Shown piece by piece: positions 38,110-51,047 of a stretch of 64,000 nucleotides of DNA. The notes under the pieces were generated by a model. The model was not told the DNA's origin, did not search any database, and saw only the letters and a list, made by a program, of their open reading frames with translations. Origin of the DNA: Octopus sinensis (Eukaryota); contig NC_043009.1 in the NCBI RefSeq assembly GCF_006345805.1, positions 50,034,001 to 50,098,000 of the forward strand. Direction: 5' to 3'. Every line of letters starts with the position of its first letter. The stretch's first letter is position 1. Both the position numbers and the translations under genes were made by a program.

Positions 38110-38875
38110 TCAAAATAATAAGATGACGAAATACTTTAAACACATCTTTAATAATCAGTTACAATTGTTTCTATACCAACTCTGCCTGCAATGTCAGTTT
38201 ACACAATAGTTGAAGTGAAAATTTACATAATATTTGCGGTTCTAGACATTAGATTTGCATTTCATCAGACTTGCATCAAAGGTGTGTTCTTACATTGTGT
38301 ATCCTCCAAACATTGTTTTTGTTTTTTTTGCTTTTATTGGAAGGAAACAAAGAGTCAGTGAAAGTATGGTTAGGGGATGAATAAGAAGAAGAAGAACGAG
38401 GAAGAGGTCGGGAGGTTAAGGGCATTAATAAATGAGGGAAGGATTTATTAAAGTATTTCTTTGTCTTATCATTTGGATTATAGCTTATTCTTCGCTACAC
38501 CCATACAACAGTTTTATTGTTGTGACACCAGGATTTTCTACTCTTGGAGAATTTCGGAATTAGTTTGGAATCTGACAGTGTTGATAGCCCAGAACTCGAA
38601 AGGAGTGCTTCTCTGGAATTACCCTTCAATTATCCCCCACCAGGACCTAACACTTTATTTCAACATGTGATCTCTTGAGCACCACCAGCGAAAATATTTT
38701 TTTCATCTGTCTTCCCTTCTCGGGATCTTTCCTTCTCCTTTGTTTCCGACGAAGAGCTCCGCTTGAAACGTTAAACCCTCCTTCCCTTCTTTCCTGAGCA
38801 TCAAATAATACTTTAATTGTTCCACGTCTTCGCGTTGCTGTGTTTTTTTCTGTGTTTCTTGTTTGGATTAACTAT
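38110..38875. mobile_element. Penelope-type element(s) between (TA)n runs with two divergent hammerhead motifs
   Basis: Right end homologous to 7836-7995 with a hammerhead motif at 38742-38776 (+); left end has CTGATGA...GAAACAATTGTA on the minus strand (38268 to 38160). Confidence 0.6.
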
Positions 38876-38895
38876 ATATATATATATATATATAT

Positions 38896-39181
38896 GGAGG
38901 GGCAATGGCCCAGTGGTAAGGGCAGCGGACTCACGGTCGTAGGATCGCGGTTTCGATTCCCAGTGTTTATTGAGCGAAAACACCTAAAGCTCCACGAGGC
39001 TCCGGAAGGGGTTGGTGGCGATCCCTGCTGTACTCTTTCACCACAACTTTCTCTAACTCTTTCTTCTGTTGGCCTGCTCGCTTAGCCAGCGGGGTGGCAT
39101 CATTTGAAGGCTAAAACAATGCCAAGACGCATTGTGACCAGCGATGTGTAGCAACATCTGATAGCCTGGTCGATCACGTGA
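38896..39181 (+). mobile_element. tRNA-derived SINE family B inserted in (TA)n
   Basis: Head ggaggggcaatggcccagtggtaagggcagcggactc..cgcggtttcgattccc (A and B boxes); CpG-rich body ending gatcacgtga; (TA)n on both sides. Confidence 0.8.
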
Positions 39182-39435
39182 TATATATAGATATACAATA
39201 GAACAGAGAGAAAACAACAAATAGAAACCATCAAAACACAACATGTGGAAAAATGGTCAATAGCACAACAAACGGCAAATAGGACATAAACAAGATACAT
39301 GGATCATTTGCAGCCTATTACTTCTTCGGTCTAAGTCCAGAATGTCTTTGTAGTACATATATACATGCGTATATAAATATATGTATGTGTATGTATGTAT
39401 ATATATATATATATATATATTTACATATATATATA

Positions 39436-39525
39436 TCATCATCATCATCATTTAGCATCTGCTTTCCATGCTAGCATGGGTTGGATGTTTTGACTGAGGA
39501 CTGGTGAACCAGATGGCTGCACCAG
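39436..39525 (-). mobile_element. Family D 3' terminal fragment
   Basis: (CAT)n followed by ttagcatctgctttccatgctagcatgggttgga. Confidence 0.8.
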
Positions 39526-40609
39526 AAGTGCATATTATACATGCAGACAGCATTATCATCAACATCTTTCTAACATCCACTATTTGTTAAAGCAGATTTT
39601 CTATGGCCAGATGGGTGCCTCTCCTGTCACCATCTCTCCCTTGTTTCCAAGCTAAGATTCCAACCAATGTGCTTCATCTCTCTCTCTCTTTTTCATGTAA
39701 TAGCTGAAATTTAAGTTAATTATAAAATCTTATACCAGTAGCAGTGGATGAAAGCCAAATGTTAGTGAAAGAACTGATATTAATTTTGAGTAAATGAATG
39801 GGAAACTAGAAGACAACAAAAAGGAACTAATTAATATACAACCCTTTTACATTCTGCTCTGTAAATCAAGCACAAACCTAAACAATAAAACTATAAACAA
39901 TTTCTTTAGGTTTTCATATACATTTATGGACAGAATAATCAAACTGACAAAAACAAACCAGCTGAAAATAAAACAGAGAGACTTGGTTGCTTTTCTGTGG
40001 TATTATTTCCAAACTTTAAAATTTTTCATTTAGTTGCCGAGAATCTCAGAACTTCCCACAATTGAACTTTTGATAGAGGATTCAGTGTGGCACAACTCTT
40101 AGTTCTTCTAATGGGGCACGGGTTGTTGGACATGGCTAGGGCTAATACAGAAAACTCAGCATGACATCAACATCCTTTCATTGATTATCACAGAGAAAAT
40201 TAAATCTACTGTTCCGAACTGGGATCAAAGATGTTATCTCTACTTTACAGTTTGCTATATTATCACCAACTGACTATAGATAACCTAATGTCCCTTTAAC
40301 ATATGAATTTATCATGAAGTTGGCTGAGTGACAGTGAGGTAGAGAGAGAAAGGGAGAAGCGAAAGAAAGACATCGTTTGTGAAGGTGCATGCATGCATAC
40401 ACATGCAGCTCATTCTTTCTTTCTTTCTTTCTTTCTCCCCCACCCCTCACTTCTTTATGCACCCCCCTCTCTCTCTCCAAAGTAGTATACTTCTTTTTTT
40501 TGTTTTATTTTTGTTAACAACTATAAAACTCCTGTTTGACATATTTTTGCTCAGCCTCTGATGCATCCTTTAAACAGAGTTCAGATAAATAAAGAATTTA
40601 GAATATCGC

Positions 40610-41023
40610 TTTCTCTTTTTTTCTCTTTTTACTTGTTTCAGTCATTTTGACTGTGGCCATGCTGGTGCACCGCTTTTAATCGAGCAACTCAACCCCGGGA
40701 CTTATTCTTTTGTAAGCCCAGTACTTATTCTATCGGTGTCTTTTGCCGAACCGCTAAGTGACGGGGACATAAACACACCAGCATCGGTTGTCAAGCAATG
40801 CTAGGGGGACAAACACAGACACACAAACATACACGCACATACATATATATACATATATACGATGGGCTTCTTTCAGTTTCCGTCTACCAAATCCACTCAC
40901 AAGGCTTTGGTCGGCCCGAGGCTATAGTAGAAGACACTTGCCCAAGGTGCCACGCAGTGGGACTGAACCCGGAACCATGTGGTTGGTAAACAAGCTACTT
41001 ACCACACAGCCACTCCTGCACCT
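40610..41023 (-). mobile_element. Full-length SINE family A
   Basis: Reverse complement of 1006-1412. Confidence 0.93.
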
Positions 41024-41959
41024 ATATATATATGTATATACATAATAAGTAAATAAATAGATAATTAAATAAATAAATATAGAAGCATTTCTGTTCATTA
41101 AAATATCATTAAGCTACTGCAAAATATGACACATATTTCATGACAATAACAAACACACAAAAAAAAAGAAAACAAGAAAATCACCCAACATGGACAGTAG
41201 GTTCTGAGAAGTAAACTCTCTCAAAGTTCATTCAATTTACTGTTGGGTTTTAAAACTAAGAGATTTAAGGATAGTGTAAATATGTGTCCTTGCTTTTGTT
41301 CTGATCAATGAAAACAGAGACAAAGGATGTATTGTGAGATATTGGAAACTGACAAATTGGTAGGAGACTGAGGCATGATGAGATGATAAAACTTAGTGTA
41401 TTAAAAATAAATAAAAGAAAAGAAATAGAAGAAATTGCAAGGAAGTCAAGCATGAATTTGTTATAAAGATCAATTCAAAAAGTACTGACAGAGTTAGTGT
41501 GAGCTTTGTGTACTATCAAAATACTGGTGTTTCGCCAGTTCGTTTGACCACAGTGATTAATGACTTAGGTACTAACTTCAATTGACCAGTCAGCAATGAC
41601 CAATTTTTAATGTAGGCACAAGTCAAAGAAGATTCTGAGCATCCTCAAAGCCAAATCATCTTTCATCCTTATGACCATCCATACAAATAATATCACTGCC
41701 CAGTGCTCCACCCCCCACTATTACCTTCCTCACCAAATGAAACCACAACCCTACCCACTCTATGACTACCTATGTTTCACAACCAATATCACCACTAACA
41801 TCGACATACCTATCTGCAAGAGGAAGATCAGCAATATTACAAATATTGGTTGTTGATTGAGATTGTACATTCATATATGTACGTATATACACAGACACAC
41901 AAGTGCAGGCAGTGTATATGGATAAAACAAGACAAATATATGTGGGTGGAGTGTGCACA

Positions 41960-42160
41960 TATGTGTGTGTGTGTATATGCTTATATAGGAATATATGTAT
42001 GTGTATATGTGTGTATATATGTGTGTATGCGTATATATATGTATGTGTATATGTGTGTATATATGTGTGTATGCGTATATATATATGTATGTGTATATGT
42101 GTGTATATGTGTGTATATATGTGTGTATGTGTATATATATATGTACATATATATAGATAT
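41960..42160. repeat. Compound (GTGTATAT)-type microsatellite
   Basis: Direct inspection. Confidence 0.9.
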
Positions 42161-42164
42161 ATAG

Positions 42165-42568
42165 TTCTTCTATTTTCTTCAGCCATTTGACTGCAGCCAT
42201 GCTGGAGCACTGCCTTAAAGGGTTTTAGTTGAACAAATTGACCCCAGGACTTATTCTTTGCAAGCCTGGTACTTATTTTATCATTTTATGGGGACATAAA
42301 CACACCAGCATCAGTTGTCAAGCAATGGTGGGGCAGTGGACACAGACATACACATGTATAAATATATACATCTATATATATATATATATATATATATAAA
42401 GAGAGAGAGAGAGAGATGGGGTTCTTTCAGTTTCCATCTACCAAATCCTCTCACCAGGCTGTGGTCAGCCTGAGGTTAGAATAGAAGATATTTGCCCAAG
42501 GTACCAGGCAGTGGGACTAAACCTGAAACCGTGTGGTTTGGAAGCAAGCCTCCTACCACACAGCCATG
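42165..42568 (-). mobile_element. Older SINE family A-like copy
   Basis: cagccatttgactgcagccatgctggagcac...tttgcccaaggtacc..cagtgggac..ctaccacacagccatg. Confidence 0.85.
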
Positions 42569-43493
42569 TCATTATGTATATAAATGAATAATCTGTACAT
42601 ATATAAACATATGTATATCTATCTATCTCCCTTTTAACATTCACTTATCTATGCCAGTATGGCTAAATGGAATTCATTAAGGCAGATTTTTTATTGCTGG
42701 TCCTTCTTTGTGTCACCTTCCTTCACTGGTTTCTTCATAGCCAGACATGTTTTTACAGAAGATTGGAAACAAATGACACTACTTGTAAGATAGCAAATAT
42801 CACATGATGTCAAGACAAGTAGAGACACACACACTGGCACCTGGCACATAAATGTGTGTCTGTCTGTCTGCATGCATGCATGCATGCACATGCATGCACT
42901 TATTAAGCAATAAGTGTTTATGCACAATACAGTGTAAATTAGAAGGACAGAAATGGGCTTAAATATTATAAGCCTCACTGTGAATTAAATAAGAATGTAA
43001 CTTTCACTATTGCTTATGTGAAAGAAAAAGAAAGAGAGACTCTCCTAATAGATCATTTTGTGATTTTTTGATATTCTTGTCATGTATAAAGTTAACACTG
43101 TGGGTGGGTGGGGAGTTGCCTAATTTGCATAATTGTTCTTTTTGATAGCTCATCATTAATTAAACAATATCTCTTTATGAACTATACAGCATAAATTAGA
43201 AGGGCTGAAATAAATATAACTAGATATAAGTTCTCTTTGATTGATGACAATCAGTAAAAAAGCACAAATATGCAAATTAGGTTCTCCATCACGGTGCTAC
43301 TCCAATTCATGATTAGCTTATAGGCAGCTAATCCATACTGTTGGTTTGGAAGGAAACTCAGAGTGTCTCTTCTGAGTAGTGATCAGCAATCCGTGAAATG
43401 GATTAACACATACTGTTAATCTGCAGATCAGTAGCATAGATTGTATTTATATTCTTACTTAACCCACAGCTGTGCTTTATAATATGTATACAT

Positions 43494-43527
<34 letters not shown>

Positions 43528-43753
43528 TATATACATATGCATCTGCATGTATACATATATAAACAAGTATATGTATGTATACATATATCTATACACATAC
43601 AGATATATATATACACATATTATCTATGTATATCTGTATGTGTGTCCATACACCTATATGCATACAAATACATTTTCATACAGACACATAAGCACATTAA
43701 CACAATGATAAATATTTATGTATATAGACAGACATGTACACAAACACACACTC

Positions 43754-43784
<31 letters not shown>

Positions 43785-44134
43785 CTTACATACATGCATA
43801 TAAATATATATATTCACATAAATACTTGCATATACATATATACACATGTATCTGTGTATGCATAAGTTACTGTATATCCATACAAATGTATGCATACAAA
43901 TGCACTTTTGTACACAGATGCATAAACACTTTCAAATTTACTCAATTTACATACAGGTACATGTGTATTGGTAGCTGTACAAAGACACACAAGCTTACAT
44001 ACCTAAATTACAAGAGCTGTAAACAAATTTAGTTTTGAACATCTAACATTATTTTTCTACATGATAGCCTGTTGCATACACTTCCACCTACACGCACATA
44101 CATTTCATGTACATCCATGCATATATATGTGCAT

Positions 44135-44169
<35 letters not shown>

Positions 44170-44185
44170 TATATATATTATATAC

Positions 44186-44242
<57 letters not shown>

Positions 44243-44525
44243 TGTATGTGTGTGTGTATACATAAGGTACACACATACACACACCCACACACACACTGCA
44301 ATGAACTTTCAGAGAATTAAGAATAAGTGGATTGTGATGTAGCAACAGCAGTAGCAGCAGCAGCAGCAGCAGCAACGGTAAATAGTAATAGTAGGTGCAG
44401 CAGTAGCAACACCAGCAGCTATAGTAATGGTTTTAGCGGCAGCAGAAACAGCAGCAGTCACATGCTAAGGTACAGTACTATAAGACACGGTAAGTAGTAG
44501 TAGTGGTAGTAGTAGTAGTAGTAGC
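44135..44525. repeat. Cluster of (TA)n, (GATA)n, (CAG)n and (TAG)n microsatellites
   Basis: (GATA)n 44186-44241, (CAG)n 44340-44375, (TAG)n 44493-44524. Confidence 0.9.
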
Positions 44526-44769
44526 CGAATAACAGGTAACAATGTCGTAGTAAAATGTCTATTTAAAGATTAGATTGAGAGATGGATGGTAAGGTCAGAT
44601 AAGGAGGTGGAGGAGGATGAAGATGAGGAGGAATGATAGATATATAGATAAAGAAGAGGAGGAGGGAAAGTGGTAGGTATTTGAAGATAGACAGCCTAAA
44701 CTACCTTCCTTTTCTCATATACACGCATGGAGATGCTTACACATAAATATAGAAATATGTTGAACCAAC

Positions 44770-44945
44770 AAAGAAGCCATTATATGCTTACTTATACTGC
44801 TAGAAATAAAAGCTAAATCTCCCTCAATTGATACATAATCATCTTAGAAAAGGACACATTGGATAACATAGTCCTGGATTCCCTGTGCATTGAGAAAGAC
44901 AAAATGGTCATAAGTCTGCTCAATCAAGGTTGACCTAGGGTGATA
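44770..44945 (+). mobile_element. Family F copy
   Basis: ctgctagaaataaaagctaaatctccctcaa..ggacacattggataacatagtcctgga..caaggttgacctaggg. Confidence 0.65.
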
Positions 44946-45136
44946 TAACCTCGATACTTTTGTGTATGTATTTCTGTCTGTGTGTGTGTGTGTGTTAGAG
45001 TGTGTATATGTATTTATGAGTATGTATATATGAATATGGTGACAAGAAGGACATCAAGTCATAAAAAAGTCTGCTTCAATGAAATGTCTAACCCATGAAA
45101 GCATGGAAAAGTAGGCATTAAAATGGTAATGATAAA

Positions 45137-45168
<32 letters not shown>

Positions 45169-45354
45169 ACACAAACATATTTACACACACATACCCTCAT
45201 TGTTTATATAGATATTTACTTTCTTTAATTGGTTTAGTTTACTTTTTTAAACTCAGTAGGAGAAAAGTAAAATCTAATCTGAACAGGATTTGAACCCAGA
45301 TTACAACTATATATGTGTAAAACTGCTGTCATCCATACATACAGACTTGTCCAT

Positions 45355-45596
45355 TACAGGTGCTGGTGCCATGTAAAATGCACTTGCGCCACTGCTGCAT
45401 AAGTGTACCCATGCCAGTGGCATGTAGAAAGCACCCAACACACTCTGTAAAGTGGTTAGCATTAGGAAAGGCATCAAGCTATAGAAACCTTGCCACAGCT
45501 GACAACTGTAGTCTTGACAGCTCCCTGGCTGGCCAGCACCTGTCAAACTTTCCAACCCAAGCCAGCATGGAAAGCAGACTTTGAACAATGATGATA
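45355..45596 (+). mobile_element. Older family D subfamily copy
   Basis: gtgctggtgccatgtaaaatgcac..catgccagtggcatgtagaaagcacc..ggttagcattaggaaaggcatc..gccagcatggaaagcagac..atgatgat. Confidence 0.78.
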
Positions 45597-45638
45597 TTAA
45601 TGTATTAAAATATCTTAATTTACAATGAAAAAAAAAAT

Positions 45639-46054
45639 AGGCGCAGGAGTGGCTGTGGTAAGTAGCTTGCTAACCAACCACATGGTTCCGGGTTCAGTCC
45701 CACTGCGTGGCATCTTGGGCAAGTGTCTTCTGCTATAGCCCCGGGCCAACCAATGCCTTGTGAGTGGATTTGGTAGACGGAAACTGAAAGAAGCCTGTCA
45801 TATATATGTATATATATATGAATGTGTGTGTGTTTGTGTGTCTTTGTTTGTCCCTCTAGCATTGCTTGACAACCGATGCTGGTGTGTTTACGTCCCTGTA
45901 ACTTAGTGGTTCGGCAAAAGAGACCGATAGAATAAGTACTGGGCTTACAAAGAATAAGTCCTGGGGTTGATTTGATCGACTAAAGACGGTGCTCCAGCAT
46001 GGCCACAGTCAAATGACTGAAACAAGTAAAAGAGTAAAAAGAGTAAAAAGAGAG
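45639..46054 (+). mobile_element. Full-length SINE family A
   Basis: Collinear with 1006-1412; tail gtaaaagagtaaaaagagtaaaaagag. Confidence 0.93.
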
Positions 46055-47384
46055 ATTTCAGCAGATTTAAATAGTTAAGACAATTCAAAAATAGAACATC
46101 TAAGGTTCATTATGGCCCATTTTAGAACAGGTTCTGTCTTTCTGTAATGGAAGCTTGTCTGCAAAGTTGAGCCATAGCATCAACGAAACATTAACATACA
46201 ATGGACTTTTAACAATGGAGAACCTAGTTGAAGAAAATCCGTAATACCAAAATATAAAGTGATTGTTTGCAATAGGAAAATATTGGGTTCTATACAAAAT
46301 CCTCGTAAGCACATTATATCACATACTTTTACGACATATACACTTGTATTACACCACAAACACCATTTCACACACAAACATAATATACCATACACAGACA
46401 TCTGGTTAGACAAAACCATTTTCTTGAAATACATACATACACACAATACACACCTAAATGCTATACTACTCACATGCATACAATTCATACCATACGCACG
46501 CAGTGCTACAACTGCTCTTACACACATGCAATTTTGATATTTTTATCCTGTAGTATTCGTTTCTACATATTCAACATATTTCAATACTAAACACACCAAT
46601 GACAAGTTCTATTCTATATCTCAGATAACCCATTCTGTATTACCAACTCTACACAATTGTCATAAATTTAAAATACAGTAAATCTGGTGCTTTGTTAATG
46701 TAAAGCACTTGAGAAATTGAATATATTACATATCTGCTGGCACATATATGCTTATATACGTACATACATCTTTAGGTATTTTAAATAAGATGTATGAAAC
46801 TCTGTCTAAATATGCATGTCTGTATAAATGTGCATGCCAACAAAAATGTGTATGCAAATGCATATAGAGATAGATATATGTATATTCACATGTGCATATA
46901 TTTCTGTAAATGGTTTAAGTATGTATAAATGTAAATGCATAGATTCATGCTATTTAATGCGCATTTGTGCTATGGTAAATTTTGACTATGTATGCACACA
47001 TGCATACAAGCACACACACTCATACATATATGCAGTGCATGTATGTGTGTGTGTGTTTGTATGTGTGCAACCAGTGTTTCTATCATGAATGTGATTAAGC
47101 ACCTATGAGCATATGTCTACATGCATGCTGGCATGCTAGTGTGAATATATAGGCTTATGCTTATGTTTGCATGCTGCTTGTCAAATGTGTGTTTCTGTTC
47201 TGCTCAATGTCACTGAATGAAACCCATGATTATGTGCAGCTACAACTTTTAACTCAGACTGCAATCAAATCAACAGCAGACACTGTCAGTCTCATATATT
47301 CACCGAAAGAATAAGCGCGAATAAATATCCATTAATGACCATTATTAATCTTTTCTACATTCATTTTACAGTTTTAAATGTCTG

Positions 47385-47930
47385 TTACCAACTGTAATTT
47401 TACCGTCTCAATTCTGCTGCTCGGTTGCTAACCATAATTTTACTGTCTCCATTCTGATGAGTTGCTAACTGTAATTTTACTGTCTCCATTCCAGTGGATT
47501 GCTAACTACAATTTTACTGTCTCTATTCCAATGGGTTGCTAACTGTAATTTTACTACCTCCGTTCTGTTTCTTAGTTGCTAACTGCTATTTTACTGTCTC
47601 CATTTTAGGGATTGCTAACAGCAATTTTATTTACTGTCTCCACTTTAATAGGTGGTTAACTGTAATATTACCATCTCCATTTTGATGGGTTGCTAACTAT
47701 TATTTTACTGTCTCCATTCTAAGGGTTGCTAGCTGCAATTTTCTAGTCTTTATTCTGATGATTTACCAAGTGTATGCAATCTCATTTTCTCTATTCAGAT
47801 GTGTTACAATCTGTAATTTTACCATCTCCATTCTAACTAGTTGCTAATAGCAATTGCTACCATATCTGTCCTGTTAATAACTGTAATATCACTATCAATC
47901 TGTGTTGGTATTGCTAACTATAATTTCACA
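47385..47930. repeat. Degenerate minisatellite of about 37 bp, about 15 units
   Basis: Consensus ttgctaactgtaattttactgtctccattctgatggg; units start near 47424, 47462, 47499, 47536, 47576, 47612, 47653, 47690 and 47726. Confidence 0.92.
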
Positions 47931-48995
47931 GGCTCTGCACATTGCTATGTTCAGAGTTAATCTTCCTCCATCACCTATAACTTTACCAGTTCCATCTACC
48001 TTCCAGCTCAAATTCCATTTTGTCCCCCCTTTAATCTTCTTATAACTATTTATCTATTTACATTAATAAATCGTAACTTGAAAGTTTCTATTTATTGCTG
48101 TAGATATCAATAATTTATAGATTTCTACTTGGCTCAGTTGCAAACTATAATTTCATCATTACATTTCACTCTTGTTGCTAACAATTTCAATTTTTCTTTA
48201 CTGTTCATTTCCACTCCTGTCACTATCAGTTGCTATCTAGCTTTCCTTTATATGCTGTAGCTTAAATGTAGTTCTTTGTTTCTTCTGTTAATTTCAGGCA
48301 TGCCCCTGATTACACAAGTGTTGCATTCAAGAAAAATCTTGCCATAATGCAGAATTCTGTAACAGGAAAGGTATTTTACTATTTACTTCTGTGTAACATA
48401 GTTAAAGGAAAAGTAGGCTTCATGTTATGGAACTCCATGTTAAGCAAAATTTCCAGGTCTGTCACACTTCCATAACATGAGGCATGACTATAATAGTTTA
48501 TAGTTATGCTTTTATATGGAAGACAACAACAAAAACTATTTTTAAAAATTTATGCTGCTGGTAGTTTTTTGGTTCTTAGGTACTGTATCTTCTCTTTCTT
48601 TCCCCCTTCTGTCTGTCACCTGTTCTCTCTCTGTCTATTCCATTGCATATCATCTTCACCCAAATACACCCAATGTATTTGTTTCTTCTCCTCTCATCGC
48701 TTCTACAATGTCTTGCCTCCAGGCCCACTCAAACCACCTTATTTGACCTTTTCTTCCCAGAATGCAAAGTCTCAGAAAGTACATCACCACCGATATATTC
48801 CCTGAAGCAATAGATTAAATTCTAAATGAATATCATATGATCAATGTGACCAGTCTCAGAAAATCAGCAAAAGTAATAAGCACTACAACAACACCTAACA
48901 AAGCCGCAATAAATAAACAAATGTTAATTCAAAAAAAAAAGGAGTGAATGATAGTATGTATTGTGAATACATCCTGACCTGTGAGAGGCTCTTAA

Positions 48996-49215
48996 CCCTT
49001 TCGTTACTAACCCGGCCAAAACCGGCTCTGGCTCTGTGGTAAAATGTCTTATTTTCATAAGTTTTGAATTAAAACCTTCCACCAAACCTTAGTCACAATT
49101 TATGTTCCTAACACTAGCTTAATGATAACTAAGTTCTTTTACTAAATTCTTTGTTATATTTAAAATAATTGAAAGAAACACAGAGCATCTCAAAATAAAT
49201 ACAGTAACAAAAGGG
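48996..49215. mobile_element. piggyBac-type MITE (TTAA-flanked), subfamily 2
   Basis: TTAA|ccctttcgttact ... agtaacaaaaggg|TTAA. Confidence 0.88.
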
Positions 49216-49579
49216 TTAAAGAGTTCTGGTTTTGTGATACAAAAGAAATAACCAGCTTGGACTGAATGCCAGACTTCTACAAGTAACATTTCTAGATCTG
49301 GTGACTATTCTTCAACATTTTGGTAAAATATAACAATTCATAATAGAAAGTTATTTCCCTAAATGCAACAAAACATAACAATTATACCAGATTCTAACTC
49401 ACAGACTATGAACAGAGATAGCCTAATACCTTTAGTCAACCTTCCTATACAATATTTATGACTCTATAGACACTTTATGTTTATTTGCAAAACACATACA
49501 CATACACAAAAGAAACAAGTTCAATGCTTTCCATAACCAACAAGACCAATTTGTATAGATGCCAGGATTTTTCACCAGA

Positions 49580-49800
49580 AAGTTGTTGTTAATGATACTT
49601 AGCTTTAAGTCAGCCTTAACCCTACATCTATTTTCAAAAGTATTCCAAGCCATGACCATCCCTTTGTCAATTCAGACAGAATTGTCTTGGACAGACAGTA
49701 AACTATCCAAAGTGTCTTTTTTTAGCAGATGATAGTGTGATTTGAGAAAGATTTGGTTGCTATGTCTAGCATGTCAAATGACTGTAAAGCAGTTTCCCCA
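49580..49800 (-). mobile_element. Family F copy
   Basis: gtattccaagccatgaccatccc..tatccaaagtgtc..gtgtgatttgagaaagatttggttgctatgtctagca. Confidence 0.6.
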
Positions 49801-50035
49801 CTGACTCATTATACTGTCCACTTCTTTCATGTCATGCTGAAAGGAGCAGCCAATGGATATTGAACTAAAGGTTTCTCCTGGCGTGATGTCTCCTTGTTAT
49901 GTCAGTTTGCAGTGCATTTATTTATGGTTGGGTTAAACATACTAACAGATAAAGCTCTACACTATCTTTAAAAGACAATTTATAATTGAATATGAAACCA
50001 TCCTTAGTATCGACTAGCAACTGTATAATAGTTAA

Positions 50036-50229
50036 TCTTTTTGATACCAAACCAACTAAGACCACTCTCGTTTGAAATGATCTAAATCAAAACTTTCTAT
50101 CAAACTTCCATGTAAATTTATGTTCCATTTTGATAATGATGAAAGTTATTTTTATTTAAACTCTTCTTCATTTGTAAAATTAACTGAAACAAGCCAGTGT
50201 GTTTCAACCGAAATACAGTATCAAAAAGG
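50036..50229. mobile_element. piggyBac-type MITE related to 48996-49215
   Basis: TTAA|tctttttgatac ... gtatcaaaaagg|TTAA; shares aatttatgttcc, tgataa and aaatacagta with 48996. Confidence 0.75.
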
Positions 50230-50815
50230 TTAAGCATCAAATTATCATTATGGACGACAGAGAGTATAATGCGATTATGACAAAAAGTAGTTGAAAGAAA
50301 ATATACATAGCATAATCTAAATACATATAGTAGCAGAATCTAATTAAAATAGATTAATACTACTTTATTTGCTCTAAGCATAAACATTATATACTAACAT
50401 CTATTGTAAATGAAAGAGTCATCTCTGCCAATAAGTAAACGCAGACAAAGATTTTTACTGATATGCACATTTTGTTTCTTTAATAATTTGGCAGGATTAT
50501 TAATGTCATACTCCTATGAAATGTTAATTAAACTAGCCTGTGGTATCTCTCGCTGTCTCTTATTTTCTCTCTCACTCCTTCTCTCATCCATATGTATGAA
50601 TCTATCTTTCAATAAAAATTCTTTTATACTTTTGATAGTTGTAGTCAAGTGACAAACCAAGGTACCATCTTCTAGAGTACAGCTGATTACATCAATTCCA
50701 GAACATATCTCATCAAACTCAGAAAAAGGAAAAATAAAGTGAACCAGGTTGAGATTTGAACACTGAACATAAAAGGACACAGCAAATACAACAAATTATT
50801 TTCTCCAATACACTA

Positions 50816-51047
50816 CCTATTTCTTTACTACCCACAAGGGGCTACACACAGAGGAGACAAACAAGGACAGACAAACGGATTAAGTCGATTACATCGACCC
50901 CAGTGCGTAACTGGTACTTAATTTATCAACCCCGAAAGGATGAAAGGCAAAGTCGACCTTGGCGGAATTTGAACTCAGAACGTAACAGCAGACGAAATAC
51001 GGCTACGCATTTCGCCCGGGGTGCTAACGGTTCTGCCACCTTGCCGC
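50816..51047 (-). mobile_element. SINE family C
   Basis: Collinear with 30675-30972 but with a single copy of the 32-bp segment. Confidence 0.9.

Noticed and set aside
47385-47930. CRISPR array reading of the 37-bp repeat
   Set aside because: Variable linkers are only 8-12 nt and related to each other, the repeats are degenerate, and the context is eukaryotic.
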